Of a stretch of DNA of 36,904 nt, positions 10,500 to 22,300 are shown piece by piece. The translations under genes and the position numbers were made by a program. Numbering within the stretch: the stretch's first letter is position 1; each line of letters opens with the position of its first letter. Source of the stretch: Moniliella sp. 'wahieum' (Eukaryota); contig RSEE01000030.1 in NCBI GenBank assembly GCA_003971905.1, positions 682,001 to 718,904 on the forward strand. Reading direction: 5' to 3'. The notes below the pieces were generated by a model. That model did not search any database and was not told the DNA's origin. It was given only the letters and a program-made list of their open reading frames with translations.

Positions 10500-12405
10500 C
10501 CATTGAGAGTCAGCAGTCAAGTCCTTCCAGTGCCCAAGCATCTTGCCCACTGCCTTCGTGCCGTAGCATCCTCGCGTCGTCAAAACCAGGGGGGAAACGG
10601 CTCTTGGGTGCGTCCCTGGTACTTGGCATTCTTGTCGCATTCTGCTTGCCCCAGCAGCCGAAGCAGCTCCTTCTCCCGGCGTTCCAAAGGCGTCGCGGTG
10701 CTCTCATGCACCACTCTCCTTTACGCGCTCTGCGCCTCCTGTGATCCCGTGTAGCGTAGCGTGTGGTCCACCTCCTTTCCTCCTAACCCTTCGATTGCTC
10801 TAGGCCCCACCACGCGGTAGTCGGTATGCTGGGCCCTCCGCCCGCGCCTCGTCTCATCCTCTTCCTCCACAGTAGGTTCGTTGTGGACGTGGGTGTCGTG
10901 GAGATGGAGCGCACGAGCTGGAGAATGGGCTCCCGTACTGCCTCATGCAACGCACCAAACTTGACCTGGGTGCGGGTGCAAGCCATGATGCACATGATGT
11001 GCATGATGGCTGACCGGGGCCGTAGGCCCGGTGGTCCTCTTAGTAGTATGTCATAGTCAACACAGAGGAGACAAACAATAAAACGCCGCTCTCGACGGAT
11101 ATACTGCCATGGCCGTATACTGAGCTCATATATGATGCCACGCAAATCTATAACCGACGGTGCGCGGATCGCTGAAAGGGAAGAAGCCACAGGACGCAGT
11201 CGAGGATCGATTTGACACAGCCGTCACTCGGCCTGCTCAAATCCTCTCTCCTATCTTCAACACATGATCTGCAGTCAATGCTTCCCTCTTGACAATGGCG
11301 AATGCCGATAAGTCCGTACTTCGGCTCCTGATAGAATTTTCTCCAGTTTCTTTGATTCCAAGGGTCAGTGTGCCTTTTCACATGCTACCTTTTACTCCCC
11401 CCCCTCTCCATCCTCGGAAGAGAGGTTATTCGTGTCATCATATCTGAGTACTGAGTCCCGATCACGGTCGCCATTGGACTCCCAGAACCACAGTATCATC
11501 GACTTTTGTTGGCATTAGTCTCTCCCATCGTCCAAACGTGCTTCTACAGAAAATGCGCATATTTGGCCTCAAAAAGGCGTTTAGTCCTATCTTAGTTTCC
11601 CGGCGTATGTCTGTAGGCGCGAGATAATAGAGGCTATCTTGTGGCCCTTCCACTTCAAGCTCTTCATCCCCCCCTCCCCATTGAGACCGTCAGCTGCTTT
11701 CTCTTCAGCTGCTCGCACCCCTTCGCAGCGCCTTTTCCCTGTGGAGGAGCACCCTAAACAGTATGTCAACGTGAAAGGGGGATCACACGTAACGTACCAC
11801 GGTGTACGGACCAGGATACCGAGGGATGGGACATTGATGGAACCCGCAGCTTTATTATATAGGATCACAGGAAGGACAGAAGTGGACCACACCTTGCGGC
11901 TTTCGGGCACAAAAACATCCGGGCGCAAAGGAGTGAGGCGATGATTATGTACGGAAGAAAATGTGGTACCCAAGATAACGATAACTGCCACACATTGGGA
12001 TCATTATGAGAAGGAGCTGCCATGAGAAGGAGCCGCTTCGACCGTTGGAACAAGCAGAGGAATGTGAATAGAACACCAGAAGTACCAAAGGGACGCACTC
12101 AAGATTCTTTCTTACTGCAACGGACTCGCGAGGCGGACATGAGCCGCGTCCGGTAGCAACTCGCCGCCACCACGCAAGCGCCCGAGGTGTGCAGAAGGCG
12201 ATGGACGTTTTTATCGACACGTCAGCCAAAGCCTTACGACACTATAATGTTACAGGTGCTTTTGTGCCCTTGGTCTTTACCACAGGCGGCTACGCCCACG
12301 GGGAAGCCAAAAGGTGCTTTGGTGCACTGGAAGGAGAATGCGAGCGCCGGTTCCTACCGCACGTTCACTGTCCTCTTTCTTTTCGTCCTGGCTCTTGCGC
12401 TGTGA
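10500..12405 (+). mobile_element. Heavily decayed non-LTR retrotransposon, probably RLE-encoding CRE/Cnl1-like clade
   Basis: No intact ORF. AKALRHY....FVPLVFTTGG (ORF 12189-12506) resembles the C-terminal restriction-like endonuclease of CRE-clade elements. It is preceded by a Cys/His patch (RKCGTQDNDNCH, about 11955-11990) and faint RT-like remnants in the right order (DGARIAE ~11155, IFNT ~11255, QG ~11360). Composition differs from the flanking host genes. Confidence 0.45.
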
Positions 12406-14346
12406 GGTGTTCATTGAAGAAGGCATGTGACTCTCCTCCTCCAACCTTGCCACCCCGATGGATGGCGTGGAGGGGGCGATGTTGGTGTGAAGACCCCTCG
12501 GCATAAGCGCTAAGCTTAGCGCTAAGTCCAGATGGCGTACACCTCATCCATCGTAGTGCTCCCTTCTGAGTCTTTCTTCCACTTGTGGTCATATTCATAT
12601 ATGACAGTGGCATGCGGATGATTTCGATGATTAATACCGTAACGATTAGCCCGGTGTTCACTTTTGACCCCATAGCAGCAACAGCGTGAGAGGCCTACCA
12701 GCCCCCCCAATGGGAGGCGAGGCGTCAGGCCCTGAGTTGCTAGTTATGAGTGTACCAGGTTGCAACGGACAAACGGTCTAGTCGATGTCGTCCTCCTCGA
12801 CTGCATGATGCTTGAGCTGGAGGCCCGCCTGAGTGCCATGAGCATCATGATGGGCCTGATATACCTGATGGGCTTCCCAGCGCCCAAAGCCATAAGGCTG
12901 TCGCCGAAACCTCATTACAGTGGCCTTACGCTCTGTCACACGTCACGCGTCACGCGCCCGTGTCAATGTCATGCATCATGAACCAGGCTAAGCGCTAAGC
13001 CTAAGCGCTAATGCGCTAATCGATAATGAATCAGGCACCGTGTATCACATGCTGTCACACATTACATCGTACAAGCCGCGGCTATCACATCGATATCACA
13101 ACACGCCGTCCCATGGCCCAGCAGACGGAATGCGCTGTGGCCAGCGGCGATTCCAGGTACCTGGGCTGCTTCCCCACATCCTGCAGTCGATCACCTTCTT
13201 ATTCCGGCCTGCCGCCAGCGTTCCTGGCCCGCAAGCCTCCTGGATCCTGCCTGCCTTGCCACTCATTACACTCGTACTGTGGCCGGCTGAGGCCTTGCCG
13301 GTGCGTGTGACCATGTGACCCCCGTTCGAGTGATATTGATATCCCAAGAATGGTGGCTTCAGCATGCAAAAAGCGGGGCTAGTACGATGGCCACAAGTCT
13401 TCTATAGCCGCAACGCAACAATGGCCGCTCTTGCCGAGAGGGAGCCAACGATTCAAGAGCCTCGGCCAGCGCTGAGCACGCTGAGCGCAGCGCTAACACG
13501 TATATCTCTCTCCTGCGAATCTCAGATCTCACACACTTCCTAACTAAACTGACAGGCTGAGGTGCGCTGCGCCGCGCGGCTCAAAGCTCAAAATCGAGAG
13601 CCGCGAAGTGTGGCCAGCAGTATATACGCGGGGGATCGCACTCACGGTCACATCGCAGATCGTACTACAAGCAGCGAACGATTTCTTCCAGTTATACAGA
13701 TAGAGGCGACTGTGGTAGTGACACGTAGTAATGCCTAATGAAATGGCCCTTTCTCTTTCTCCATGGTGCATGGATCCCCTTTCTCCACTGTGCCTGGATT
13801 CTTCCATCAATATATTAGCAAGGGATTACTATTAGCTGGCTGTTTCCTCAGAAACCAGTGCTTCTTACCAAGAAACCCTGTTGTCGCACTTGACGCTCTA
13901 TTTCGTTGAGCCGGCCGGCACATTATATAGATGCAGATCTCGGGCATGAGAGCGGTCTTGCTTTTTGCACAACTGTGCGAGCCCGAACGGCCGAGCTTCT
14001 CCGGCAGTCGATCATCAGGGATTCTGGGCTGCGAAAAAGGAGAAGCAGGATGGCGCATGGAATTATGTAGGTACACAGACAGTAGCTGCATAGTGGATCC
14101 ACAACACACCATACGGCTTTTGTCAACAAAGGTACACAAGCGTAACTGAGCAGCTCGCGCTCACTAACGCTCTGGTATCATAGATCACTAGTGCCGACCC
14201 CTGATGCCGATACCGCCGCAATTGGGTCACATGCCGGCCGAAGGCACCTACTGCCCTTCTGCCATCGTGTGCCGTGAAGAAAGATTTGGGATTTCACACC
14301 TTCATGACTGTACCTCTCCTAGTTCTGTCCCAACGAGCATACCCTC

Positions 14347-14354
14347 TATATAAA
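14347..14354 (+). promoter_or_regulatory. TATA box of lipase gene
   Basis: TATATAAA about 130 nt upstream of the ATG at 14479, followed by a CT-rich leader. Confidence 0.6.
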
Positions 14355-14478
14355 TATCAATGAAGCAGGCATGCGGTCAGCCAGCAACCACCCTTCCTTT
14401 TCCCTCCCCTCTCTCTTGCTACTGTCCCACCATCCATCCACACACTCTTTTTTCTACACGCTCTCTCTCTCTCTCGGC

Positions 14479-16111
14479 ATGAAGTTTACCTTCTCCCTGT
14501 CCCTGGTAGGGGCAGCAGCGATCTTGGCGACCTTGACGGGCAACGGCGTTGAGGCTGCCTCGAACCGCCATGGGCTGTCTCGTCAACACCGTCAGCTCTT
14601 CTCTCGGGACTTCCCCCCTCCCTTCAAGACCCGTTCTACTGCACCCCACAACTTGTCCAAGTACAGCCTGGTGAGGTGATCGAGATGCGCAAAATTACGC
14701 CTGGCATGAAAGGTCTTTACAATGTGGGAGAAAGTTACCAGATCCACTTCCGTACAACCAATGCTGAGGGCCATGCTTCTTCGTCTGTCACCACTGTCAT
14801 CCAGCCGGTCTACGGCGGTAAGCAGAAGATGCTTTCCTACCACTTGTGGGAAGATGCGACCCAACGCAACTGCGCACCTTCGTACACCGTTTTGGAGGGC
14901 GCCAATGCTCCCAACGTGATGGTTGTTGGTACGTGTGACTTGCTTACTACTGGTGATGAACCGAGAACGCTCAATGGGCTACAACTGACTTGAATCAATA
15001 AAACAGGTGAGGATGTGCCCATCTGGTTTAACTTTTTGCTTATGAACGGGATCAGCGTGGTGGTTCCTGATTACGAGGGGCCTAAGTCCGCACTCTTCGC
15101 TGGTTTCACTGCCGGCTACATCATTCTCGACTCGGCGCGCGCTGTCCGGAACGCTCTCCAGTGGGGCGATGACGCGGAAGTTGCCATGACTGGATACTCT
15201 GAGGGTGCGCATGTAACTGCTTGGGCTGCCAACCTGTCGCCCAGTTATGCACCGGACCTCAACATTGTTGGTGTGACTCATGGTGGCACCCCCATCGACA
15301 TGGAGCTCACCCTCAAGCACTTTGACGGTACCTCTTTCTCCGGATTCACCATTGGTGGTATCCACGGTATGAACGTGGCCTACAAGTCCTTCAAGGAGGC
15401 GATCGAACAGTACGGTGGTGACGAGATCCGTTCCGACTTGAAGATTATCACCAAGCCGCCTACTTGCCACTCCGTCCTCCGTGGTCCTGACTTTGCCGGC
15501 AAGTCCTACTTGAGCATGATTAAACCCCCTGGCAACATCAGTGTCTTCGACTGGGAGCCGTTCCGCTACGTCCTGGACCGCGAGACGCTCTGGAACAACA
15601 AGTCCTCCGTCGGAGTCGGTTACCCCAAGTTCCCTCGCATGATCTACCAGGGATCGCACGACGATGTAATCAGCTACGCTGCTGTCGACGCCTACGTCAA
15701 GCAACAGTGTGCCCACGGTGCCGACATTCAGTTTAATGTGTACACAGCCTACGCCCACACCGCTCCCGAAGTTGTCATTGGCGGCGACCTCAACGCAATG
15801 CGCTTTGTCCTGGAGGTCTTTAACCTGAACGGTCATACCCTTCTCAAGCTTCCGTGCGGCGAGCCCACGCCCTCTCTCCTCAACATCGGTACCTGGACGG
15901 TGGATACCATTTGGGCCCCAACATTACTGACTCGTTCCAGCAACTGTTTGACCAGGTTGGCTCCTTTGCAACATTGGTTTCGGTCCCCATGTCAACAAGA
16001 CCAACCGTGTTTAAGTGCATTTTCTCTCTGGCGGTTCCAGCGCGGCAGGCCCGCTTGAAAGTTATGATTCGCCAGTTTTTGCTGCATATGGACATGGCCT
16101 GTAACTCCTAG
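14479..16111 (+). CDS. Secreted lipase, LIP family (Candida antarctica lipase A-like); intron 14929-15006; 3' end uncertain
   Basis: Signal peptide MKFTFSLSLVGAAAILATLTGNGVEA; DPFY after a frameshift; SYQIHFRTTN; LSYHLWEDA..NCAPSY; a GTACGT..CTGAC..CAG intron joining VVG|EDVPIW; VVVPDYEGPKS; nucleophile elbow GYSEG; YAPDLNIVG..HGGTP; PKFPRMIY...HDDVI; CAHGADIQF...AH. Confidence 0.9.
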
Positions 16112-18486
16112 GTTTTCAGATAGACAAACGTTACTCTCCTATACACCAAGTCTTTGCTTTTTGCCCTAGTCTCGCCGATAACCTGTGGGAGCCTTAAACC
16201 TGAAGGAAACCTCTGAGCCACTCAGATTTTGGCGCGACACCCTGGCACCGAAGAAGAGACCCACTCTGTCACGAGCGAAGACGAACTGGTAAGCCCGGCG
16301 GAGCCTATGCGCGCCTTTCGCTTTCCTAACCCCATACCCAGGTTGGTCATGGGGTCACATTCGATCTGTCCCGATATCAGGCTCAGCCCTGAGGCCCTGA
16401 GGCCTGTCCGCTCTACCCAACAATAGAGCATGCTCCCAGATTCAACTCTCTTAGATGCTCCTCCAGCTCCCGGACTCAGTTCTCAGCAGTTCCTCAACAG
16501 CCCACCACCCCATCCACGTGTGCCTCCCACGTGCCACGTCGAAGTCCAACTCGGTTCAGCCGCGTGTGATCCCTCCTACAACCACACAGCCCCCCCCATT
16601 CCAGCCCCAGTCCAGCAGCGTGGGGCCTCCGCTGCCTCCTCCCTTCCCTGAACCACTAAGGCTTCAGACACGCTATTGCCGCCCAAGCCGGTGCTACGAA
16701 GCCTTGTCACACTTACAGTCGCCTCTTCCATATATGCGAAGAGGCCTCTCCTTGTCCCTATTCCCGCTCAGACCCGCCAATCAGCCAAGCGCGTAACTCC
16801 CATGAGTCGACCTTAAAACCTCCAAGGCATTGTACCCCCAAACCCACCGGCGGGCCCACCACTAGCGGTGCCCGCCCGTGACAATATCTCATTATCGCAG
16901 AATCGCACCGGTACCGACAGACTAGTATTTACGCCGCGGATGGCGCGATGCACAACCGAGCAATCTGTGAATTCTACGTGTTGACAGTTGTAATATAAGG
17001 AGTACGACTGGTTCTGGTTCTCGGTGTGGCTAGCTTGTCTTCTGTAGATCGATGTCGCTCGCTGGCCGCTGGCCCACCCCGTGGTTACGTAGCGCGTCAC
17101 TTTGACACTGGCATGTGACTGACATCCGGTTATTATGACACAGGAACATGTCCCCGTTTGCTTTTCCCCGGATCTTCCCCCCCCCCCGTCTTTACTGCGC
17201 GCTTCACGAAGTCGGGAAGGATGGAAAGGGAAGATAGGATGCATCCGTGGAGAGCACTGCACAGGTGCGCGATGTCCAACGACAAGATGCTTCCATCGCG
17301 TCATCGATTATCCATTGAGGGGGTCTTCTTTGGAGCAAACGACCGTTGCCAGTGGTTACCAAGAAGCTGGACCGAAAATCCTGCATCGATTACTCTGATC
17401 ACAATTATGTGGTCAATGATCGTTGTGTGGCCCCCGGGCTTTCGCCATGCCTTCAATGTAGTCTCGCCGGCTGGGGCCGAAAAGTTGGTGGCGAGGTAGT
17501 GACGCATGGTTTTGAGATATGGTGAAGCGTCCATGGCAGGGCGCGTTAATGTTACCGGTCAGCTGGTAACTCGTAATGGGAATCTCGAGTGCGCCCTTTA
17601 GGCCTTACGAGATATAGATGTCGCCTTTGAGACCACCGCGACCAGAACGACCAGATTGATCATGGATGCAGAAGCTCTTGAGCTTGCTTGAAGTTGCGCT
17701 TGATCTTGACCTTTGGAGGCTTGGAACTTAACGTTTTTTTTTGCTGCCAAAATGTTGAAGCTTGAATATCGAATGTCCATTCGGCACCTGAGCGGCCCGA
17801 GCAGCCTCATCAGAAGACCCCCCCATATGGTATGCATGATATATGTATCAGTGTTAAGGCATGTGTTCACAGTACGTTTAGTTTAAGCCGAACTGTGATC
17901 GATGATCATAACAACAGTAGCTCTCCTTAAGAGTATAGTGTGAATATATACTTTTCTCTTCCCCAGAAGAAAAAAAGCATGATGAGGATGACACATCTGA
18001 ACGAATCGAAACACCCTATAAAGGTCCCGGGTAGTCCCAAAGAGAGAAACTCTCCACTCGGAGCACTGAGGACTGTGTACCTCTATGCCAGTCGCGCCTC
18101 ACGCGGCGCCAGGGCCCAAACCCCTGTTTTGCATGTAACCCCGCAGGAGGGAAGGGGGTCTATCCTAAGGCCTAAGGCCTAATGCGTAATGCGTAACGTA
18201 ATGCGTAACGCGTAACGCGTAATGGCTCTTCCGGTGTGGAAGACAGATAGCAGAAAGAGTGCGGCCTGGTACAGCGCGTATAAGCCCGATATCGGAGAGC
18301 AGGAACACCGAGAGGCTGTCTCATGGATTAAACTGTGCGTCGTTAGGTGATTTTGTCGAGAGCCATTTAACCTTTTAACACCGCACCTAGTTTTGCTGGC
18401 GTAAGAGCTGGGAATGCACAGGTGTCACATATACCAAGCTTCAAGCTTCAAGCTCTTAAGCTTCAAAACTTGAAGACCACACTCAT

Positions 18487-18515
18487 ACTCAGTACTCAAC
18501 CGTTGAGTACTGAGT
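18487..18515. repeat. Perfect 29-bp palindrome (14-bp arms, 1-nt centre)
   Basis: ACTCAGTACTCAAC-C-GTTGAGTACTGAGT; the right arm is the exact reverse complement of the left. Confidence 0.9.
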
Positions 18516-19391
18516 GTTCAGTGTTCAGTAAGTTCAACCGAGTCTGAGTACATTGAGTACTGAGTCTGAGCACTGAATTTCACACACTTATATATATGCA
18601 CGCCACAGCTCATCCAAAGACACAGTAAGGCTGCATAATCTGGACATCGGGGCCAGCCGGAAGCCATAGTACTGGTATAGAGAGTAGGCGATGATGACGC
18701 ACATCGTCATCCCCTTCGGCTTTGTTGATTATGATTTCCCCAAGTGTTTCGTTAGTGGCAGCGCTGGACTTGGAGACAGGGTTTGAAATGCTGACAGGGG
18801 TGTGGACTGGGGCTTTTGGCCGAGAACGCCATGAAAGACACCAGACCAATCCAACGGCCAGCTCTGAGATGCGACACCCCCCCTCTCCTCTTGTTTTCTT
18901 CCCATGTGGAGGCACCATTCTTCAACGGCTGGGAACGGTGAATGTGGTGTGGGATTGGTTCTCTGGTACTAGGCACTGGTGCTGGCGGCGAGTGGTTGTG
19001 GTTGCTAGGGCGTGGGATCTGGGAAGCGCGCGTGCGCGGTGGCACGCACCCGCGTGACACGCCCCCGGCCGAGGTGTTGTTCTCGTGTGTCTCGGCGCGC
19101 CAAAATTCAGGGGAGCGGAATGCAGCGCCGTGCCCTCCCCCCTTCCGCTCGCCTCGATCACTCGCGGCCGTCCACACCCGCCTGCCCAGACGTTCGCCAG
19201 GCTCCGCACGCCGCTCGCTGGCCTCTCGACGCCATAGGCACTATGCATGCATGCCACCCGATGCTTCCCTCACGCTCACGCCGTAGGTCCTCCTCCCCTC
19301 CTCCTCCTCCTCCTCCCTCCACCACCCCCACCACCCCCACCACCTGCTCCCCCCGCCCGCTTTTACCTCCATACCCCATACCCCGCACCCA

Positions 19392-22300
19392 ATGGGCATC
19401 ATCTCCCGCATTTGGCACCGCGCCACCGCCAGCCAATCGTCCGGCCCCGCCCCGTCCGAGGCCGCCGCCCCGACCGACGCCCTACCTGCGTCTGTCACCA
19501 ACGCCCGCACCCCCACCGTCCGAGTCCGCATACGAAGAAGCCCGCACTGGCTCGTCCGATGTGCCCTCCGACCCCCCGCCGCTGCTTCGATCCGTACCAA
19601 TCCGTCGCGTCGAGCGTGCGCGGCCAGGACGGGCCGAACCAGTCAGGTTCTGAAGCAGCCGCAGAACCGACGGGAAAGAAACGTGGCCATGCAGCCACGA
19701 GCAGCATCAGTCGTCTGATGCACCGTGCTTTGGCTCCGTCCAAGGCCAAGGAAACCACCCTCACTTCGGCGGCGGCTGTCGTGCCGGAGGACACAGAACA
19801 GGCTCACTCGTCGGAAGACAGTCCGATCAAACGTCATGAGAGTGCACACGACGACCTTGCCCGCCTCTTGGCCCAGTACGTACCTTCTTCCCTACCCCCT
19901 GTCCCGGGAGACGATGACAAACGAATTAACGTTGAACACCCCTGGTGCAGAGACCATGCGCACCCGTCCACCTCGACCGAGGCCGAGGCAGCAGAACCTG
20001 ATCCGGCCAACTCGGAAACCAACAACGAACAAAACGAAGAGGAAGCCAAGCCGCTCGAGGCTGTGCCCTCCCAGCCAACCCAAGGAGTAGAGCCGACGAA
20101 GGAGCCTACCCCCGTTGAACCCGAGATTAAGATGGCGGCCCCCGCCGAGACTACCACCGAGGAGCCTACCCCGGCGAGCCCACCACCGAGGAGCCTACCC
20201 CGGCTGAGCCTGCAGCCGAAAAGCCCAGCCCCGCTGAGACCACGGTCGTGGAGCCCACTCCCGCCGAGCCTGCCGCTGAGGACCCGCCGGTGTCGAGCCG
20301 CTGAGGAGGCGCCGGTTACTGCCTTGGAGCCCACTGCCGCCGAGCCAGCTGCCGAAGAGGAGCCTACCCCCGCTGAGCTTGCCGCCAAGGAGCCCACTCC
20401 CGCTGACCTGGCCTGAGGTGAAGGAGGCCGCCCACTGAGCCTGAGGTGAAGGAGGCCGCTCCCGCCGAGCCCGCGGTTGAGGAACCCACTCCGCTGAGCC
20501 TGCCGCCGAGGAGCCTACTCCCGCTGAGCCCACGGTTGAGGAACCCATTCCGGCTGCCCCTGTCGCCGAGGAGCCCACTCCGGCTGAGCCTGGGTGAAGG
20601 AGGCCGCTCCCGCTGAGCCTGAGTGTAAGGAGGCCGCTCCACTGAGCCTGAGGTGAAGGAGGCCTCTCCGCCGAGCCCGCGGTTGAGGAACCCACTCCCG
20701 CTGAGCCTGCCGCCGAGGGCCTACTCCCCTGAGCCTGCCGTGAGGACCCGACTCCCGCTGAGCCCACGGTTGAGGAACCACTCCGGCTGCCCTGTCGCCG
20801 AGGACCCAATCCCGCTGAGCCTGAGGTGATGAAGGAGGCCGCTCCGCTGAGCCTGCCGCCGAGGAGCCTATTCCCGCTGAGCCCACGGTTGAGGAACCCA
20901 CTCCTGCTGGCCTGTCGCCGAGGAGCCCACTCCGCTGAGCCTGAGGTGAAGGGAGGGCCGCTCCCGCTGAGCCTGAGGTGAAGGAGGCCGCCTCCCGCTG
21001 AGCCTGCCGCCGAGCCGGGTGCCTCCTCCCGCTGAGCCCACGGTTGAGGAAACCACTCCTGCTGAGCCTGCCGCTGAGGGGAGCCCACTCCCGCTGAGCC
21101 TGAGGTGAAGGAGGCTGCTCCGCCGAGCCCGCTGTGAGGAACCCTCCCGCTGAGCCTGCCGCCGAGGAGCCTACTCCGCTGAGCCCACGTTGAGGAACCC
21201 ATTCCAGCTGCCCCTGTGGCCGAGGCGCCCACTCGGCTGAGCCTGAGGTGAAGGAGGCCGCTCCCGCTGAGCCTGAGGTGAAGGAGGCCGCTCCCGCTGA
21301 GCCTGCCGCCGAGGAGCCTACTCCCGCTGAGCCTGCCGCTGAGGACCCGACTCCCGCTGAGCCCACGGTTGAGGAACCCACTCCGGCTGCCCCTGTCGCG
21401 AGGAGCCCAATCCCGCTGAGCCTGAGGTGAAGGAGGCCGCTCCCGCTGAGCCTGCCGCCGAGGAGCCTATTCCCGCTGAGCCCACGGTTGAGGAACCCAC
21501 TCCTGCTGGGCCTGTCGCCGAGGAGCCCACTCCCGCTGAGCCTGAGGTGAAGGAGGCCGCTCCCGCTGAGCCTGCCGCCGAGGTGCCTCCTCCCGCTGAG
21601 CCCACGGTTGAGGAAACCACTCCTGCTGAGCCTGCCGCTGAGGAGCCCACTCCCGCTGAGCCTGAGGTGAAGGAGGCTGCTCCCGCCGAGCCCGCTGTTG
21701 AGGAACCCACTCCCGCTGAGCCTGCCGCCGAGGAGCCTACTCCCGCTGAGCCCACGGTTGAGGAACCCATTCCAGCTGCCCCTGTGGCCGAGGCGCCCAC
21801 TCCGGCTGAGCCTGAGGTGAAGGAGGCCGCTCCCGCTGAGCCTGAGGTGAAGGAGGCCGCTCCCGCTGAGCCTGCCGCCGAGGTGCCTCCTCCCGCTGAG
21901 CCCACGGTTGAGGAACCCACTCCTGCTGCCCCTGTCGCCGAGGAGCCCACTCCCGCTGAGCCTGAGGTGAAGGAGGCCGCTCCCACTGAGCCTGAGGTGA
22001 AGGAGGCTGCTCCCCGAGCCCGCGGTTGAGGAACCCACTCCCGCTGAGCCTGCCGCCGAGGAGCCTACTCCCGCTGAGCCCACGGTTGAGGAACGCACTC
22101 CTGCTGCCCCTGTCGCCGAGGAGCCCACTCCCGCTGAGCCTGAGGTGAAGGAGGCTGCTCCCGCTGAGCCTGAGGTGAAGGAGGCCGCTCCCACTGAGCC
22201 TGAGGTGAAGGAGGCCTCTCCCGCCGAGCCCGCGGTTGAGGAACCCACTCCCGCTGAGCCTGCCGCCGAGGAGCCTACTCCCGCTGAGCCTGCCGCTGAG

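Noticed and set aside
12700..14340. Several 70-110 aa ORFs between the retroelement relic and the lipase
   Set aside because: No domain signal, overlapping on both strands, consistent with chance ORFs.
16200..18160. Short Pro-rich and other ORFs downstream of the lipase
   Set aside because: No recognisable motifs or consistent coding frame. This could be decayed TE or intergenic DNA, but I cannot support a call.
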